Part shown: one piece after another, positions 16,670 through 25,684 of the stretch | How positions within the stretch are numbered: position 1 is the stretch's first letter | How the letters are laid out: every line of letters starts with the position of its first letter | DNA from: Minisyncoccota bacterium | GTDB lineage: Bacteria > Patescibacteriota > Minisyncoccia > Phycocordibacterales > Phycocordibacteraceae | Length of the DNA stretch: 48,686 nt | Direction of reading: 5' to 3' | NCBI GenBank assembly: GCA_022842585.1 | Contig: JALHPI010000003.1 | Coordinates: forward strand, 1 to 48,686 | Program-made: the position numbers and the translations under genes | Notes under the pieces: generated by a model | Databases searched by the model: none | What the model saw: the letters and a program-made list of their open reading frames with translations, nothing else | What the model was told of the DNA's origin: nothing

Positions 16670-18796
16670 TTAGGTCGGCCACTTCTCTATGATGAGCGGA
16701 TTCTTCGAGGAAGAAAGCGATGCCCAGATTTCCTCAGTTACAAATGGCATGAATGGATGTAGAAGCTTGAGGCAGGTCGTGAGATTCCGCATCAGGAGCG
16801 ACTTGCGAGAGGCGACAACGTCCGCGGGGAACGAGCTTGGTGCGTCGTGGGTACCAAGTATTGGCTTCGATTCTTCAAGTATTTCTGCCGCGAAACGGTC
16901 CCAGACGTAGTGGTAGATACTCTCTGCGGCAAGATATACACGATATCCTTCGATGTTTGCCGTTGCCGAGGCAACGACATCCGCAAGTTCTTTTTCAAGC
17001 TTTGCATCAGCTTCGGTCAAGGTTCCGTTTACGTCCGCGTCTCCCACGTTTTCAAGTACGAAGCGCGCGATGTTCCAGAGCTTGTTCGCGAAGTGCTTAT
17101 AGCCTTTCACTTTATCTTCACGAAGCGCAAGGTCGGTGCCGGGCGTGTTACCGACGACGAGCGCCATGCGAAGCGCGTCAGTCCCATACATATCCGTGAG
17201 GGTAAGCGGATTGATGACGTTGCCTTTTGATTTCGACATCTTCTTACCGTTTGCGTCGTTTACGAGACCGTGGAGATAGACGGTAGGGAACGGCACGGAG
17301 TCGGCAAGATAGAGCCCGAAGATAATCATGCGTGCCACCCAGAAGAACAGGATATCGCGTCCTGTTTCCATAAGGTCAGTAGGATAGTATCCAGCATCTT
17401 TTCCGTTTGGATATCCGGTTACCAAGAGTGGCCATTGTCCGGAAGAGAACCACGTATCGAATGTGTCGCCGTCTTGGGTCCATCCCTCTCCGGGTCGTTC
17501 TACACTTGCTTTCCACTCACCATCCTTGTGCCAGGCGGGTATCGGGATGCCCCAGACGATTTGACGGCTGATGTTCCAGTCATGCGTATCTTCCATCCAG
17601 TGGCGGAATATCTTTTCCTCGTATTCCGGGATGAAACGCACGTCGCCTTTGTTTACGGCGGTCACTGCCATACTTGCAAGCGGAGCCATCTTCACGAACC
17701 ATTGGTCCTTTACCTGCGGCTCAATCATCGCGGAGCACTTGTAGCACTTCTTCACGACGTTCTTGTACGTCTCGTCGGTTTTTACGAGAAGTCCTTTCGC
17801 CGCGAGCTTCTCCACGATTTTCGCACGTGCGTCTTTAATGCTTACGCCGGCGAATTCTTGCGCGATAGGAAGAAGCTTCCCGCGCCAGTCGATAATCTGT
17901 TCCATAGGGAGGCTATGACGCTTTGCGATTTCGAAGTCGATTTGCGAGTGCCATGGCGTAATGGTCATGACACCCGTGCCAAACTCCATATCGGCCGCGT
18001 TGTCCTTGATGACGGTTGCTGTGATAGGGCCGTTTATCCACTCCACCTCAAGCGTGTCGCCGTGCTTCCATTTGCTATATCTCTTATCGTCCGGATGCAT
18101 GACGACGTATTTGTCGCCAAACTTCGTTTCGGGGCGCACGGTACCAATCTCGAACGGACCGTACTTGAACGTATAGAAAGGAGTGGATTCTTCCACACTC
18201 TCGGTCTCCACGTCCGAAAGGGAGGTCTGATGCTTCGGGCACCAGTTTACGGTGCGCGCACCGCGATACACGAGTCCGTCCCCAAACATTTTCACGAACG
18301 TCTCCTGTGTTTTCTTCACGAGGTCTGGGTCGAGCGTGAACTTCTCGCGCGACCAGTCGCAGGAAGCACCCAAGGCGCGGATTTGTCCCACCATATTCGC
18401 TTTGTTTGCGAGCGTGAACGCGAGTATTTCCTCGTAGAGGGCCTTAGGATCCATGCCAAAGCGCGAGCGACCTTCTTTTTCGAGTTGCTTTTCATATACC
18501 ACCTGCGTCTCGAATCCTGCATGGTCGGCGCCCGGTATCCAGAGCGCACGATACCCACGCATGCGCTTGAAGCGGGTGATGATGTCCTGAAGGGTGACGA
18601 AAAGGGCGTGGCCTGCATGGAGATTGCCGTTTGCGTTAGGCGGTGGCATGACGATAGTAAAGGTCTTGCCTTCGGTCTGTGCGAGCAAATCGGCAGGGAG
18701 ATTGTCCGGGTTAAAATACCCGCTTTTCTCCCACGCCTCGTAGATACGGCCCTCGGTAGAGGCCGGATCGTACGGCTTTAGAAACTTACTGTCCAT
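16670..18796 (-). CDS. valS: Valine--tRNA ligase (short form, no C-terminal coiled coil)
   Basis: PPPNANGNLHAGH, DWNISRQIVWG, DTWFSS, KMSKSKGN. Confidence 0.95.
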   Translation of the reverse strand: MDSKFLKPYDPASTEGRIYEAWEKSGYFNPDNLPADLLAQTEGKTFTIVMPPPNANGNLHAGHALFVTLQDIITRFKRMRGYRALWIPGADHAGFETQVVYEKQLEKEGRSRFGMDPKALYEEILAFTLANKANMVGQIRALGASCDWSREKFTLDPDLVKKTQETFVKMFGDGLVYRGARTVNWCPKHQTSLSDVETESVEESTPFYTFKYGPFEIGTVRPETKFGDKYVVMHPDDKRYSKWKHGDTLEVEWINGPITATVIKDNAADMEFGTGVMTITPWHSQIDFEIAKRHSLPMEQIIDWRGKLLPIAQEFAGVSIKDARAKIVEKLAAKGLLVKTDETYKNVVKKCYKCSAMIEPQVKDQWFVKMAPLASMAVTAVNKGDVRFIPEYEEKIFRHWMEDTHDWNISRQIVWGIPIPAWHKDGEWKASVERPGEGWTQDGDTFDTWFSSGQWPLLVTGYPNGKDAGYYPTDLMETGRDILFFWVARMIIFGLYLADSVPFPTVYLHGLVNDANGKKMSKSKGNVINPLTLTDMYGTDALRMALVVGNTPGTDLALREDKVKGYKHFANKLWNIARFVLENVGDADVNGTLTEADAKLEKELADVVASATANIEGYRVYLAAESIYHYVWDRFAAEILEESKPILGTHDAPSSFPADVVASRKSLLMRNLTTCLKLLHPFMPFVTEEIWASLSSSKNPLIIEKWPT

Positions 18797-18812
18797 TATT
18801 CAAGCAATATAG

Positions 18813-18838
18813 CAAAAACCGCGCTTTTTGGCGCGGTT
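18813..18838 (-). terminator. Intrinsic terminator for the candidate ncRNA at 18847-18962
   Basis: AACCGCGC/GCGCGGTT stem with U tract on the minus strand. Confidence 0.7.
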
Positions 18839-18846
18839 ATAGAGGT

Positions 18847-18962
18847 GACGGCGAGCGGAGGTTCAGCTATTTGAAAAGCCGGGTATCGTGTTCCGGGTTA
18901 CGTAGTTTCCATGATGGACTTACGTCGCTCCCTAGGCAGACACTCCCTCCCAGCTCGCTGTC
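18847..18962 (-). ncRNA. Candidate ~116-nt rod-like small RNA (possibly a short 6S-like RNA)
   Basis: TAGTAT -10 just upstream, ends pair (GACAGCGAGC/GCTCGCCGTC, GGAGG/CCTCC), terminator just downstream. Confidence 0.55.
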
Positions 18963-18981
18963 GAGCACATACTATATTTTC

Positions 18982-20151
18982 TTAGGCAAGATGCAAATTC
19001 CCGTTTGCGGTAACATCCTTCTTGAATTCCTTCCTCCGCGCGCGGTAAAAGCCTGCAAGTCCTATCATGAGCGCGTTGTCGGTCGTGAGGTCGCGCGACG
19101 GGATGTGGAGCGTTACTTCAGGATGGTCCCTAGCAATCATGTCGGTGAAGAGTCGCTGTATGTGCTTATTTGCAGCAACGCCTCCACCGATGATAAGCAT
19201 CTTTGCACCCGATTCGTCGAGTGCGCGTGACGCTTTCTTCCATAGCACTTCGGATACCGCGTCCTCAAATTCTCTCGCCATTTGCTCTTTCTCTATGTCA
19301 GTAAGTGTACCTTTCTCCTTTATCTTGTAGAGCACTGAAGTCTTTATGCCGGAGAAAGAAAAGTCGTAATCGTTGCTCTCAAGCATGGGGCGGGGCAGGA
19401 TAAACGGGTTTTCTCGCTGCGTTTCTCGGTCGCGTTCGGCAAGCTTTGAAATTTGCGGGCCGCCGGGATAGGGAAGGTCCATCATGCGCGCGACTTTATC
19501 AAACGCCTCTCCCACTGCATCATCCCGCGTGGCACCCAGGAGTTCATACGAGAGCCAGTCCTTCATCAAATCAAGCTCGGTGTGCCCGCCTGAAATAAGC
19601 AACCCAAGCACCGGCAGCTTCACACTCTCCACTGTCAAGGTGTCACCTTGACATGAGGCGAGGGATGCGAGGAAGTGGCCCTCCATGTGGTTTATCGGAA
19701 CGATAGGGATGTCCCAGGCGACCGAGAGCGCACGCGCAAAATTCACCCCGACCCAGAGCGCAGGTTCAAGTCCCGGTCCATGTGTAACGGCGATAGCGTC
19801 TATGTCGGCGTGCTTAGTAGTACTAAGGAATAAGAGAAAGGCATCAGTAAGGCCGGGCTCGCGCGCGAGTATTTCGGACACCTTTGCACGTGTTTCTTCG
19901 GAAATGTCTTGTGGCGCTTCTGTAAGCATGCCGGCTTCTTTGAGTGCCGCATGCAAAAGCGGGGTGAGGTTTTCAGCATGCGCGCGCTTCGCGAGCGCCG
20001 GGAACACCCCGCCGTACTGCTTGTGTATCTCTATCTGGGAGAGGAGTGCGTTCCCGAGTATCTTGAACGTCGCCGACTCGTCCGTGCCCGACGCTTCAAG
20101 CAATGCTACCGCCGTCTCATCACAACTCGTCTCTATCGCAAGAATGTTCAT
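18982..20151 (-). CDS. tsaD: tRNA threonylcarbamoyltransferase TsaD
   Basis: ILAIETSCDETA, NHMEGH, SGGHT, TRDDAVGEAFDK, DNALMI. Confidence 0.95.
   Translation of the reverse strand: MNILAIETSCDETAVALLEASGTDESATFKILGNALLSQIEIHKQYGGVFPALAKRAHAENLTPLLHAALKEAGMLTEAPQDISEETRAKVSEILAREPGLTDAFLLFLSTTKHADIDAIAVTHGPGLEPALWVGVNFARALSVAWDIPIVPINHMEGHFLASLASCQGDTLTVESVKLPVLGLLISGGHTELDLMKDWLSYELLGATRDDAVGEAFDKVARMMDLPYPGGPQISKLAERDRETQRENPFILPRPMLESNDYDFSFSGIKTSVLYKIKEKGTLTDIEKEQMAREFEDAVSEVLWKKASRALDESGAKMLIIGGGVAANKHIQRLFTDMIARDHPEVTLHIPSRDLTTDNALMIGLAGFYRARRKEFKKDVTANGNLHLA
19633..19653. repeat. 21-bp palindrome inside tsaD (second copy at 45001-45021)
   Basis: TGTCAAGGTG-T-CACCTTGACA. Confidence 0.7.
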
Positions 20152-20170
20152 AGGAGAGATACCGATAAAC

Positions 20171-20190
20171 TGATATGATATATCATATCA
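20171..20190. promoter_or_regulatory. Perfect 20-bp palindrome upstream of tsaD (identical copy at 35423-35442)
   Basis: TGATATGATATATCATATCA. Confidence 0.6.
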
Positions 20191-20250
20191 GTTAGTGCAA
20201 GAGACCAGAGAAGAGACAAGAAGAGAGGGTGTACGGCATGACTATGAGTA

Positions 20251-21129
20251 CTATTCGGGAGTAGAGGCATCATCTGATTCGATTTTTTCCCACGGAAGCG
20301 GAGCACCCCACGGGAGGGAGAATGCCGCAGAGCTCGGGTGACCATTGCCGCCGTACTTTTGTGCGAGCTCGGCGACGTTTACCGACCCATCACCACGCAG
20401 TGATACGCGCATACCGTCAGGACGCGCTTGCGCGACAAGTGCGAGCGGAGCCTTGGTGCGCGCAAGCAGGTTTCCAAGGTCTGAGGTAAGCGCGCTGATG
20501 CTCGCGGTGAAGTACACTTCATATCCCTCGAAGCGTACGAGCTTTGCGCGCTCGGCAAGCTCTCGGATAAGCGAGTCGGCGTGTTCCTTGAATATTTCCC
20601 CACGACGCACCATCTCGAGTCGCTTTGCATCATCCGCCACCTCTTCCACAAGCGTGTCCCACATCCCGAAGTCAAATGGGTTGCTGTAGAGATAAGTGAG
20701 CAAGGGACGAGAGTCGGGAAGCATAAACTTGTAGAGGTCACCGTCTTCCACATAGCGGAGCATGAGCGGGACTTCGGTATCGGGATGGAAGTAGCTCCAC
20801 GCAATTGTTGCGCCCGAGCGTGATGCGTCATAGACGAACTCTGGCATACTCTCCACGATTTCGCGCACACCTTCATGGTGGTCGAGTACGGTCACGGATG
20901 CGGCGATGGCAATCAGCTCATCCATCTGCTCCTTCGGGAAGCAGAAGTCTATGAAGTAGAGATGCGCTCCCTCGAGCCCTTCGGGCGCGGGTTTCTGGTG
21001 GCGAAGTGCCACGTATTCCGCCGTATCACCGAATTTCTTCCACGCCGCATACGCTCCGCCAAAGCCGTCTGGGCATCCGCCATGATAGAGAATTACGGTT
21101 CGTTCCATATTAGGAAAAGGGTTCGTCAT
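20251..21129 (-). CDS. DHH/DHHA1 family phosphoesterase (NrnB-like)
   Basis: YH..CPDG, FIDF, LDHH, GGNGHPSSAAF. Confidence 0.9.
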   Translation of the reverse strand: MTNPFPNMERTVILYHGGCPDGFGGAYAAWKKFGDTAEYVALRHQKPAPEGLEGAHLYFIDFCFPKEQMDELIAIAASVTVLDHHEGVREIVESMPEFVYDASRSGATIAWSYFHPDTEVPLMLRYVEDGDLYKFMLPDSRPLLTYLYSNPFDFGMWDTLVEEVADDAKRLEMVRRGEIFKEHADSLIRELAERAKLVRFEGYEVYFTASISALTSDLGNLLARTKAPLALVAQARPDGMRVSLRGDGSVNVAELAQKYGGNGHPSSAAFSLPWGAPLPWEKIESDDASTPE

Positions 21130-22129
21130 GCACGTGTCCTGCGTTCTTTAGTTTACGTGACGAGTAGTACGCGGCGACTACGAACACGATACCTATGAGT
21201 CCGGTAATAAGTTCAGGGATAGGGTAGAAGATGCTGGTGAGCATGGCGCCAGCAAGTCCAAGAATTGCCCAGTGTGCACCATGCTCAAGATAGATAAGCG
21301 TGTCGAGCGTCTTTTCTCGTACAAAGTATATGGTTATCGAACGAACGAAGAAGGCACCAACGCCTAGACCAGCGACAATCACCGGCAAGTCGGTCGTAAT
21401 CGCAAATGCACCTATGACGCCATCGAGCGAGAACGCGGCATCCAAGACTTCAAGATACATAAAGAGTGCAAATCCTGACGCGGCAGCAGCTTTCCCCGCG
21501 ATACTGGCGAATGATTTTGAAATACCCTGCATGATAATAAACAGAAGAATGCCGATGATTCCCGAGAAAAGCACTCCTTCTGCGTGATGAGGTACGAGAA
21601 ACGCAATGACGGCAAGCACGAAAAGTGCAAAGCCTATCTCTATAGCCTCTATACGCCCAAAGCGTGCGAGCTGTTTTTCTATAACGGCTATCCAGTGAAC
21701 TTCTTTAGCGGAGTCAAAAAAGTACTTCAGCGCGACCATCAAGAGGAACATACCGCCGAAGGCTGCAATAAGCTCGTGCACCCCGTGCAATAGTTCACCG
21801 TACGTATGCGGGTCAAAAAGAGCGAGCTGTGCGACCTCGAACGGGGGTAGTGCGACCGCAATTGCCACGATAAGAATAGGGAGAATAAAACGGGTCCCGA
21901 ATACTGCAATGATGATGCCCCATGTCAGAAACCGCCTCTGCCACACTGGGCTCATACGTTCAAGCACACGCGCATTTACTACTGCATTATCAAACGAAAG
22001 AGTGACTTCAAGTATGGTAAGGATTATGGCGATAGCAAGCGCTTGCCACCCTCCCCACATAAACACTGCCACGAGCGCGATAGCCCATATACTGAACGAA
22101 ACCCCAAAGAATTTTAGAATAGTTTGCAT
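21110..22129 (-). CDS. DUF475 (TerC-like) membrane protein
   Basis: LEVTLSFDNAVVNA, LEVLDAAFSLDGVIGAFA, YLEHGAHWAI. Confidence 0.9.
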   Translation of the reverse strand: MQTILKFFGVSFSIWAIALVAVFMWGGWQALAIAIILTILEVTLSFDNAVVNARVLERMSPVWQRRFLTWGIIIAVFGTRFILPILIVAIAVALPPFEVAQLALFDPHTYGELLHGVHELIAAFGGMFLLMVALKYFFDSAKEVHWIAVIEKQLARFGRIEAIEIGFALFVLAVIAFLVPHHAEGVLFSGIIGILLFIIMQGISKSFASIAGKAAAASGFALFMYLEVLDAAFSLDGVIGAFAITTDLPVIVAGLGVGAFFVRSITIYFVREKTLDTLIYLEHGAHWAILGLAGAMLTSIFYPIPELITGLIGIVFVVAAYYSSRKLKNAGHVHDEPFS

Positions 22130-22139
22130 GATGCTTCGG

Positions 22140-22212
22140 TGCGCGATACAGGATTCGAACCTGTGACCCTCTCAACGTCAATGAGATGCTCTACCAACTG
22201 AGCTAACCGCGC
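22140..22212 (-). tRNA. tRNA-Val(GAC)
   Basis: Minus strand: GCGCGGT/ATCGCGC acceptor, TCTCA-TTGACGT-TGAGA anticodon arm. Confidence 0.95.
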
Positions 22213-22260
22213 ATTACAGGTCGCAGAATAACCCGAAAAGGAGTACTATTCAAGCCATAT

Positions 22261-22881
22261 ATGGAGTTGATTCGGCTCGATGAACACAACCTAGAGAAGG
22301 CCGCTAAGAAGGCCGCAAACGTCCTTAAAAAGGGCGGGATTATCCTCTATCCGACCGATACGGTGTACGGGCTTGGGGTAGCGGCGCACAATCTCGTCGC
22401 CATTGAGCGACTGCGAAATCTGAAGGGTAGGGAGCGCAAGCGCCCCATTTCAGTCATAGTGCCGGACGCGAAGAGTATAGAAAAATATGCGACCTTGACT
22501 CCGCTTGCGGAAAAATTCGCACTTGAACACCTCCCAGGACCACTTACTCTTGTAGTGCCTGCAAACGCCACGATGCCGGACGCGCTCACGCTAAACGGCG
22601 CGATAGGTATGCGCGTACCGAATGAGCCGTTCTGTCTCGCACTTGCGAAAGAATTCGGCAAGCCGTACACAACGACGAGCGCGAATATGGCCGGACTTGC
22701 AACGCCGAACAATATCGAAGACATACTTCAGCACTTCCGCATGAACATACATGAAATAGACTTGGTCATCGACGGAGGTGCTCGTATGAATCCAAACCCC
22801 TCCACGGTCGTCTCCTGCGTGGGCGACACTCCCTACGTCCTCCGTGAAGGCATGCTCTCTCGGGCACAACTCGGTCTTTAG
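22261..22881 (+). CDS. tsaC: L-threonylcarbamoyladenylate synthase (TsaC/Sua5/YrdC)
   Basis: PTDTVYGL, LKGR, PGPLTLV, TTSAN, PSTVV. Confidence 0.9.
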   Translation: MELIRLDEHNLEKAAKKAANVLKKGGIILYPTDTVYGLGVAAHNLVAIERLRNLKGRERKRPISVIVPDAKSIEKYATLTPLAEKFALEHLPGPLTLVVPANATMPDALTLNGAIGMRVPNEPFCLALAKEFGKPYTTTSANMAGLATPNNIEDILQHFRMNIHEIDLVIDGGARMNPNPSTVVSCVGDTPYVLREGMLSRAQLGL

Positions 22882-22922
22882 TGTTCGAATCCAAGACAGC
22901 CACAGAAGGTTATACTTCACCT

Positions 22923-23201
22923 ATGTCTCAAATAACGCTTCTTGCTGCATTCGCTATTTTCGGAGGCATACTCCTTCTCGGGTATATCTTTAGTCGATGG
23001 ATGACGTGGCGTGTTGCTAAGAATAAGCCAGCATTTACAGGTATAGGAGGTGCAATGGAGACGGGTGTACAAAAATATACTGCGGAAGGAAAAGACGGTC
23101 CAAGAATCATAACCGCTGTCATTGCCTATCTTGTTTTCCTGGCTTTCCTGGCTTACGTAGCCTTCAACAACTTGCCTAGTTTCCTACAATGGCTTGGCTA
23201 G
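22923..23201 (+). CDS. Small two-TM hypothetical protein
   Basis: Two hydrophobic segments; TATACT 6 nt before the ATG; terminator downstream. Confidence 0.65.
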   Translation: MSQITLLAAFAIFGGILLLGYIFSRWMTWRVAKNKPAFTGIGGAMETGVQKYTAEGKDGPRIITAVIAYLVFLAFLAYVAFNNLPSFLQWLG

Positions 23202-23234
23202 AAAAGTTCCATAATCGTCCCAGATAGCCAGCAT

Positions 23235-23270
23235 AAAAGAAAAGCCCCGCGAGAGCGGGGCTTTTCTTTC
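23235..23270. terminator. Bidirectional terminator
   Basis: AAAGAAAAGCCCCGC-gaga-GCGGGGCTTTTCTTT between convergent genes. Confidence 0.85.
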
Positions 23271-23294
23271 GCCGAAGGCAGGTTTTGTATCTAC

Positions 23295-23394
23295 GGGGTC
23301 CCCATTCCGATGGGGATGTGAACGGCGAATGATGTATGTGAAGGCGCTTCGCCTGAGCTGGAATCATTCGGTAAGTGAACAAGGGTAAGCGAGC
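23295..23394 (-). repeat. Stop-codon-associated repeat, copy A (after ahcY)
   Basis: GGGGTCCCCATTCCGATGGGGA...GGTAAGCGAGC abutting the stop codon. Confidence 0.75.
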
Positions 23395-24651
23395 TTACGT
23401 TCCATGCTCCCAATCCGCCAAATACTTCTTCTGCTCCTCCGTCAATTCATCAATCGTAATACCCATCGAAGCAAGCTTCACGCTCGCAACACTATTCTCG
23501 ATTTCATCAGTCACGTCGTAGACAGCAGGAGCAAGCTTTTCTTTTTGGAGGGCCATCCACTCGCAGGCGAGTGCCTGAGTGGCAAAGCTCATATCCATCA
23601 CGGATGCTGGGTGGCCTTCGGCTGCGGCGAGGTTTACGAGGCGGCCGTCTGCAAGGAGGAATACGCGCTTGCCGTTCACCATGTATTCGTCGACGAACGG
23701 ACGGATATCCTTACGCACCGCAGACGCTTCTTTCTGAAGTCCTGCCACATCTATTTCCACGTCGAAGTGACCGGTATTGCAGACGATAGCACCGTCTTTC
23801 ATAGCTTTCATGTGCTCGACGCGGATGACATGGATGTCGCCGGTCGCCGTGCAGAAGACGTCGCCCACCGGTGCGGCTTCTGCCATCGTCATGACGCGGA
23901 AGCCGTCCATGGTCGCTTCAATGGCCTTCACTGGGTCTATCTCGGTCACGATGACCTGTGCGCCCATACCACGTGCGCGAAGTGCGAGTCCGCGACCGCA
24001 CCAGCCGTAGCCTGCGGCTACGAAGACTTTCCCTGCAAGGAGGATATCGGTTGCGCGTACAATACCGTCCAACGTTGATTGGCCTGTGCCGTAGCGGTTG
24101 TCGAAAAGATTTTTTGTCTTCGCATCGTTCACGGCGACGATAGGGAACTTCAAGGCGCCCGCCTTACTCATAGCACGGAGGCGAATGACGCCGGTCGTGG
24201 TTTCTTCCGTTCCGCCAATCACGGAGTCGATGAGTTGCGGATAGTCCTTATGAATAGTGGAGACGAGGTCCGCCCCGTCGTCCATGGTGAGATGCGGGTT
24301 TGCTCCGATGACTGCGTTTAGGTGCGCGAAGAAGGTATCGCGGTCCTCGCCCTTCTTTGCGAATACCGGAATGCCTTCGTCTTTTACGAGAGACGCGGCG
24401 ACGTCGTCTTGGGTGGAGAGGGGATTGGACGCGCAGAGTACGACGTTTGCGCCACCAGCCTTCAAGGTACGCATCAGTGTTCCTGTTTCAGCGGTGACGT
24501 GAAGGCACGCACCGATAGTCTTTCCTTTAAACGGAAGTTCTTTCGCAAAGCGTTCACGCACCGCCTGTAAGACCGGCATATCGTTGTCTGCCCACGCAAG
24601 GCGCTTCTTTCCAAGTTCTGCGAGTGATTCGTCAGCGATGTCGTACTTCAT
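23395..24651 (-). CDS. ahcY: Adenosylhomocysteinase (SAH hydrolase)
   Basis: CLHVT, SNPLSTQD, DDGADL, EETTTG, FDNRYGTGQS, GYGWCGRG, EGHPASVMDMSF. Confidence 0.97.
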   Translation of the reverse strand: MKYDIADESLAELGKKRLAWADNDMPVLQAVRERFAKELPFKGKTIGACLHVTAETGTLMRTLKAGGANVVLCASNPLSTQDDVAASLVKDEGIPVFAKKGEDRDTFFAHLNAVIGANPHLTMDDGADLVSTIHKDYPQLIDSVIGGTEETTTGVIRLRAMSKAGALKFPIVAVNDAKTKNLFDNRYGTGQSTLDGIVRATDILLAGKVFVAAGYGWCGRGLALRARGMGAQVIVTEIDPVKAIEATMDGFRVMTMAEAAPVGDVFCTATGDIHVIRVEHMKAMKDGAIVCNTGHFDVEIDVAGLQKEASAVRKDIRPFVDEYMVNGKRVFLLADGRLVNLAAAEGHPASVMDMSFATQALACEWMALQKEKLAPAVYDVTDEIENSVASVKLASMGITIDELTEEQKKYLADWEHGT

Positions 24652-24652
24652 A

Positions 24653-25591
24653 TTACAGAGTGATTGATTCCTTATAAGCGTTTTCGTACCTTGCTTTGAC
24701 CTCATCCAGAGTGAACCGGTGATTCTGTGTACCATAGCATTCCACTGCATAGGCTGCCACGACGCTTCCGAGCTTTGCGCAGGTAGGGAGCGGAAGTTCC
24801 GCCGTATAGGCGCGCAAAAAGCCCGCGCGGTACGCGTCTCCCGCTCCGGTAGGGTCTACGACTTTTTCCACAGCTACCGCAGGAATGCGTTCATCACTAT
24901 CCTTTGTCACGATACGGGTGCCTTCGGCGCCAAGCGTAATGACGAGGAATTCGACGCGTGAAGCGATGTCTGCTTCCTTCCATCCGGTCTTTTCTGAGAC
25001 GAGTGAGAATTCGTAATCGTTTAAGAATACGCCGGCAGCGCCGTCTATTGCTTCTTTTAGTTCTTCACCCGATAGCATGGGAATCTGTTGGCCGGGGTCG
25101 AAAAAGAGGGGAATGCCTGCAGCCTTAGCTTCGCGCGGTACGTGTATCATGTCGTCTTTGTTCGTAGGCGATACGATGGCGGCTGCATAATTTTTATACG
25201 CGATGTCTTGCTCGTACGGATACACGGCGGCGCTTCCGGAGAACGCGGTGATTTGGTTGTCCTTCATATCCGTCATGATGTAGCCGGAAGCGGTAGGCAC
25301 GTCCTCGCGCACCATGACGCTTGCGGGAGAGATGCCGTGCTCGGTGAGCCAGTGCGCGTAGCGTCCGAAGTCGTTTCCCGCGGTCGCGGCGATATCCGCG
25401 CGCGCACCTAGAAGTGAGAGGGAGTAGGCGATGTTTCCTCCCGTGCCTCCGAATTCTTCTTTCGGGGGACTCACAAAAAAACTTACGTTTATGGAATGCA
25501 ATTTGTCCGGCATGAAGTGCTCGGAGAAATTGCCCGCGAAATTCATAATCCGGTCATAGGCTATGGAGCCGCACGCGAGTATTGGTTTCAT
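24653..25591 (-). CDS. PfkB carbohydrate kinase, adenosine kinase-like
   Basis: GSIAYD, GGTGGNIAY, FDPGQQ, DPTGAGDAYRAG; directly upstream of ahcY. Confidence 0.9.
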   Translation of the reverse strand: MKPILACGSIAYDRIMNFAGNFSEHFMPDKLHSINVSFFVSPPKEEFGGTGGNIAYSLSLLGARADIAATAGNDFGRYAHWLTEHGISPASVMVREDVPTASGYIMTDMKDNQITAFSGSAAVYPYEQDIAYKNYAAAIVSPTNKDDMIHVPREAKAAGIPLFFDPGQQIPMLSGEELKEAIDGAAGVFLNDYEFSLVSEKTGWKEADIASRVEFLVITLGAEGTRIVTKDSDERIPAVAVEKVVDPTGAGDAYRAGFLRAYTAELPLPTCAKLGSVVAAYAVECYGTQNHRFTLDEVKARYENAYKESITL

Positions 25592-25684
25592 CGCGTAGCA
25601 GTGTACCCCATGAAAGAGTAGAAGATAAATACCAAACGGGCACCTACCCACAGGTCTCACGAGGCATGCCTCATATATACTCGT

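Noticed and set aside
17270-18781. 503-aa plus-strand ORF
   Set aside because: Antisense shadow of valS with no recognisable motifs
18800-18980. T-box leader for valS
   Set aside because: No UGGNACC T-box bulge or specifier stem recognised, and valS has a -10-like hexamer downstream of the terminator
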